Shown here one piece after another: positions 63,914 to 64,000 of a DNA stretch of 64,000 nucleotides (position 1 is the stretch's first letter; each line of letters opens with the position of its first letter). Source of the DNA: Dehalococcoidia bacterium. GTDB taxonomy: Bacteria > Chloroflexota > Dehalococcoidia > Lucifugimonadales > JAAXIE01. The stretch lies in the NCBI GenBank assembly GCA_965197805.1, contig OZ240229.1, positions 3,135,748 through 3,199,747 on the forward strand, written 5' to 3'. A program made the translations under genes and the position numbers. Under the pieces are notes generated by a model. It made no database searches. It saw only the letters and a list, made by a program, of their open reading frames with translations, and had not been told where the DNA came from.

Positions 63914-64000
63914 CTAATTCAGTTGACCCACGTCGTAGAGGCACGTACCGACGACGCCAAAGAAGTGCATTGCCTCTTGGTACAGTTCATGTGCAACACC
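63914..64000 (-). CDS. Possible 3' end of a gene entering from beyond the window
   Basis: Open frame GVAHELYQEAMHFFGVVGTCLYDVGQLN-stop; no family recognised. Confidence 0.25.
   Translation of the reverse strand, partial: GVAHELYQEAMHFFGVVGTCLYDVGQLN

Overview
A GC-rich bacterial chromosomal segment. The gene content suggests Chloroflexota/Dehalococcoidia (SAR202-like): expanded LLM monooxygenases, paired family-III CoA-transferases, FAH paralogues, an F420 PPOX protein, PaREP1 and retropepsin solo genes. A plant-type LRR lipoprotein suggests a host/sponge association. Both points are inference. Left half (1-26 kb): catabolic genes interspersed with small accessory genes (Phd-VapC, two HEPN-motif ORFs, DUF2442, PaREP1) and a tandem array of five cupin paralogues. 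Middle (27-41 kb): alternative complex III operon (actA-B1-B2-F-C-D-E) with its own ccm genes and a Rex/CRP-like box over its promoter. Then mutS...mutL with three genes between them. One of these, whose N-terminus the ORF track misses, is a predicted ArsC/Spx-family selenoprotein (in-frame UGA in UxxC plus a SECIS-like hairpin). Right part: a stand-alone NuoEFG-like + FNR module, PH-domain and LRR proteins, and a quaternary-amine ABC transporter. I saw no rRNA, tRNA, CRISPR array or transposase. All family calls come from motif recognition by eye, not database searches.
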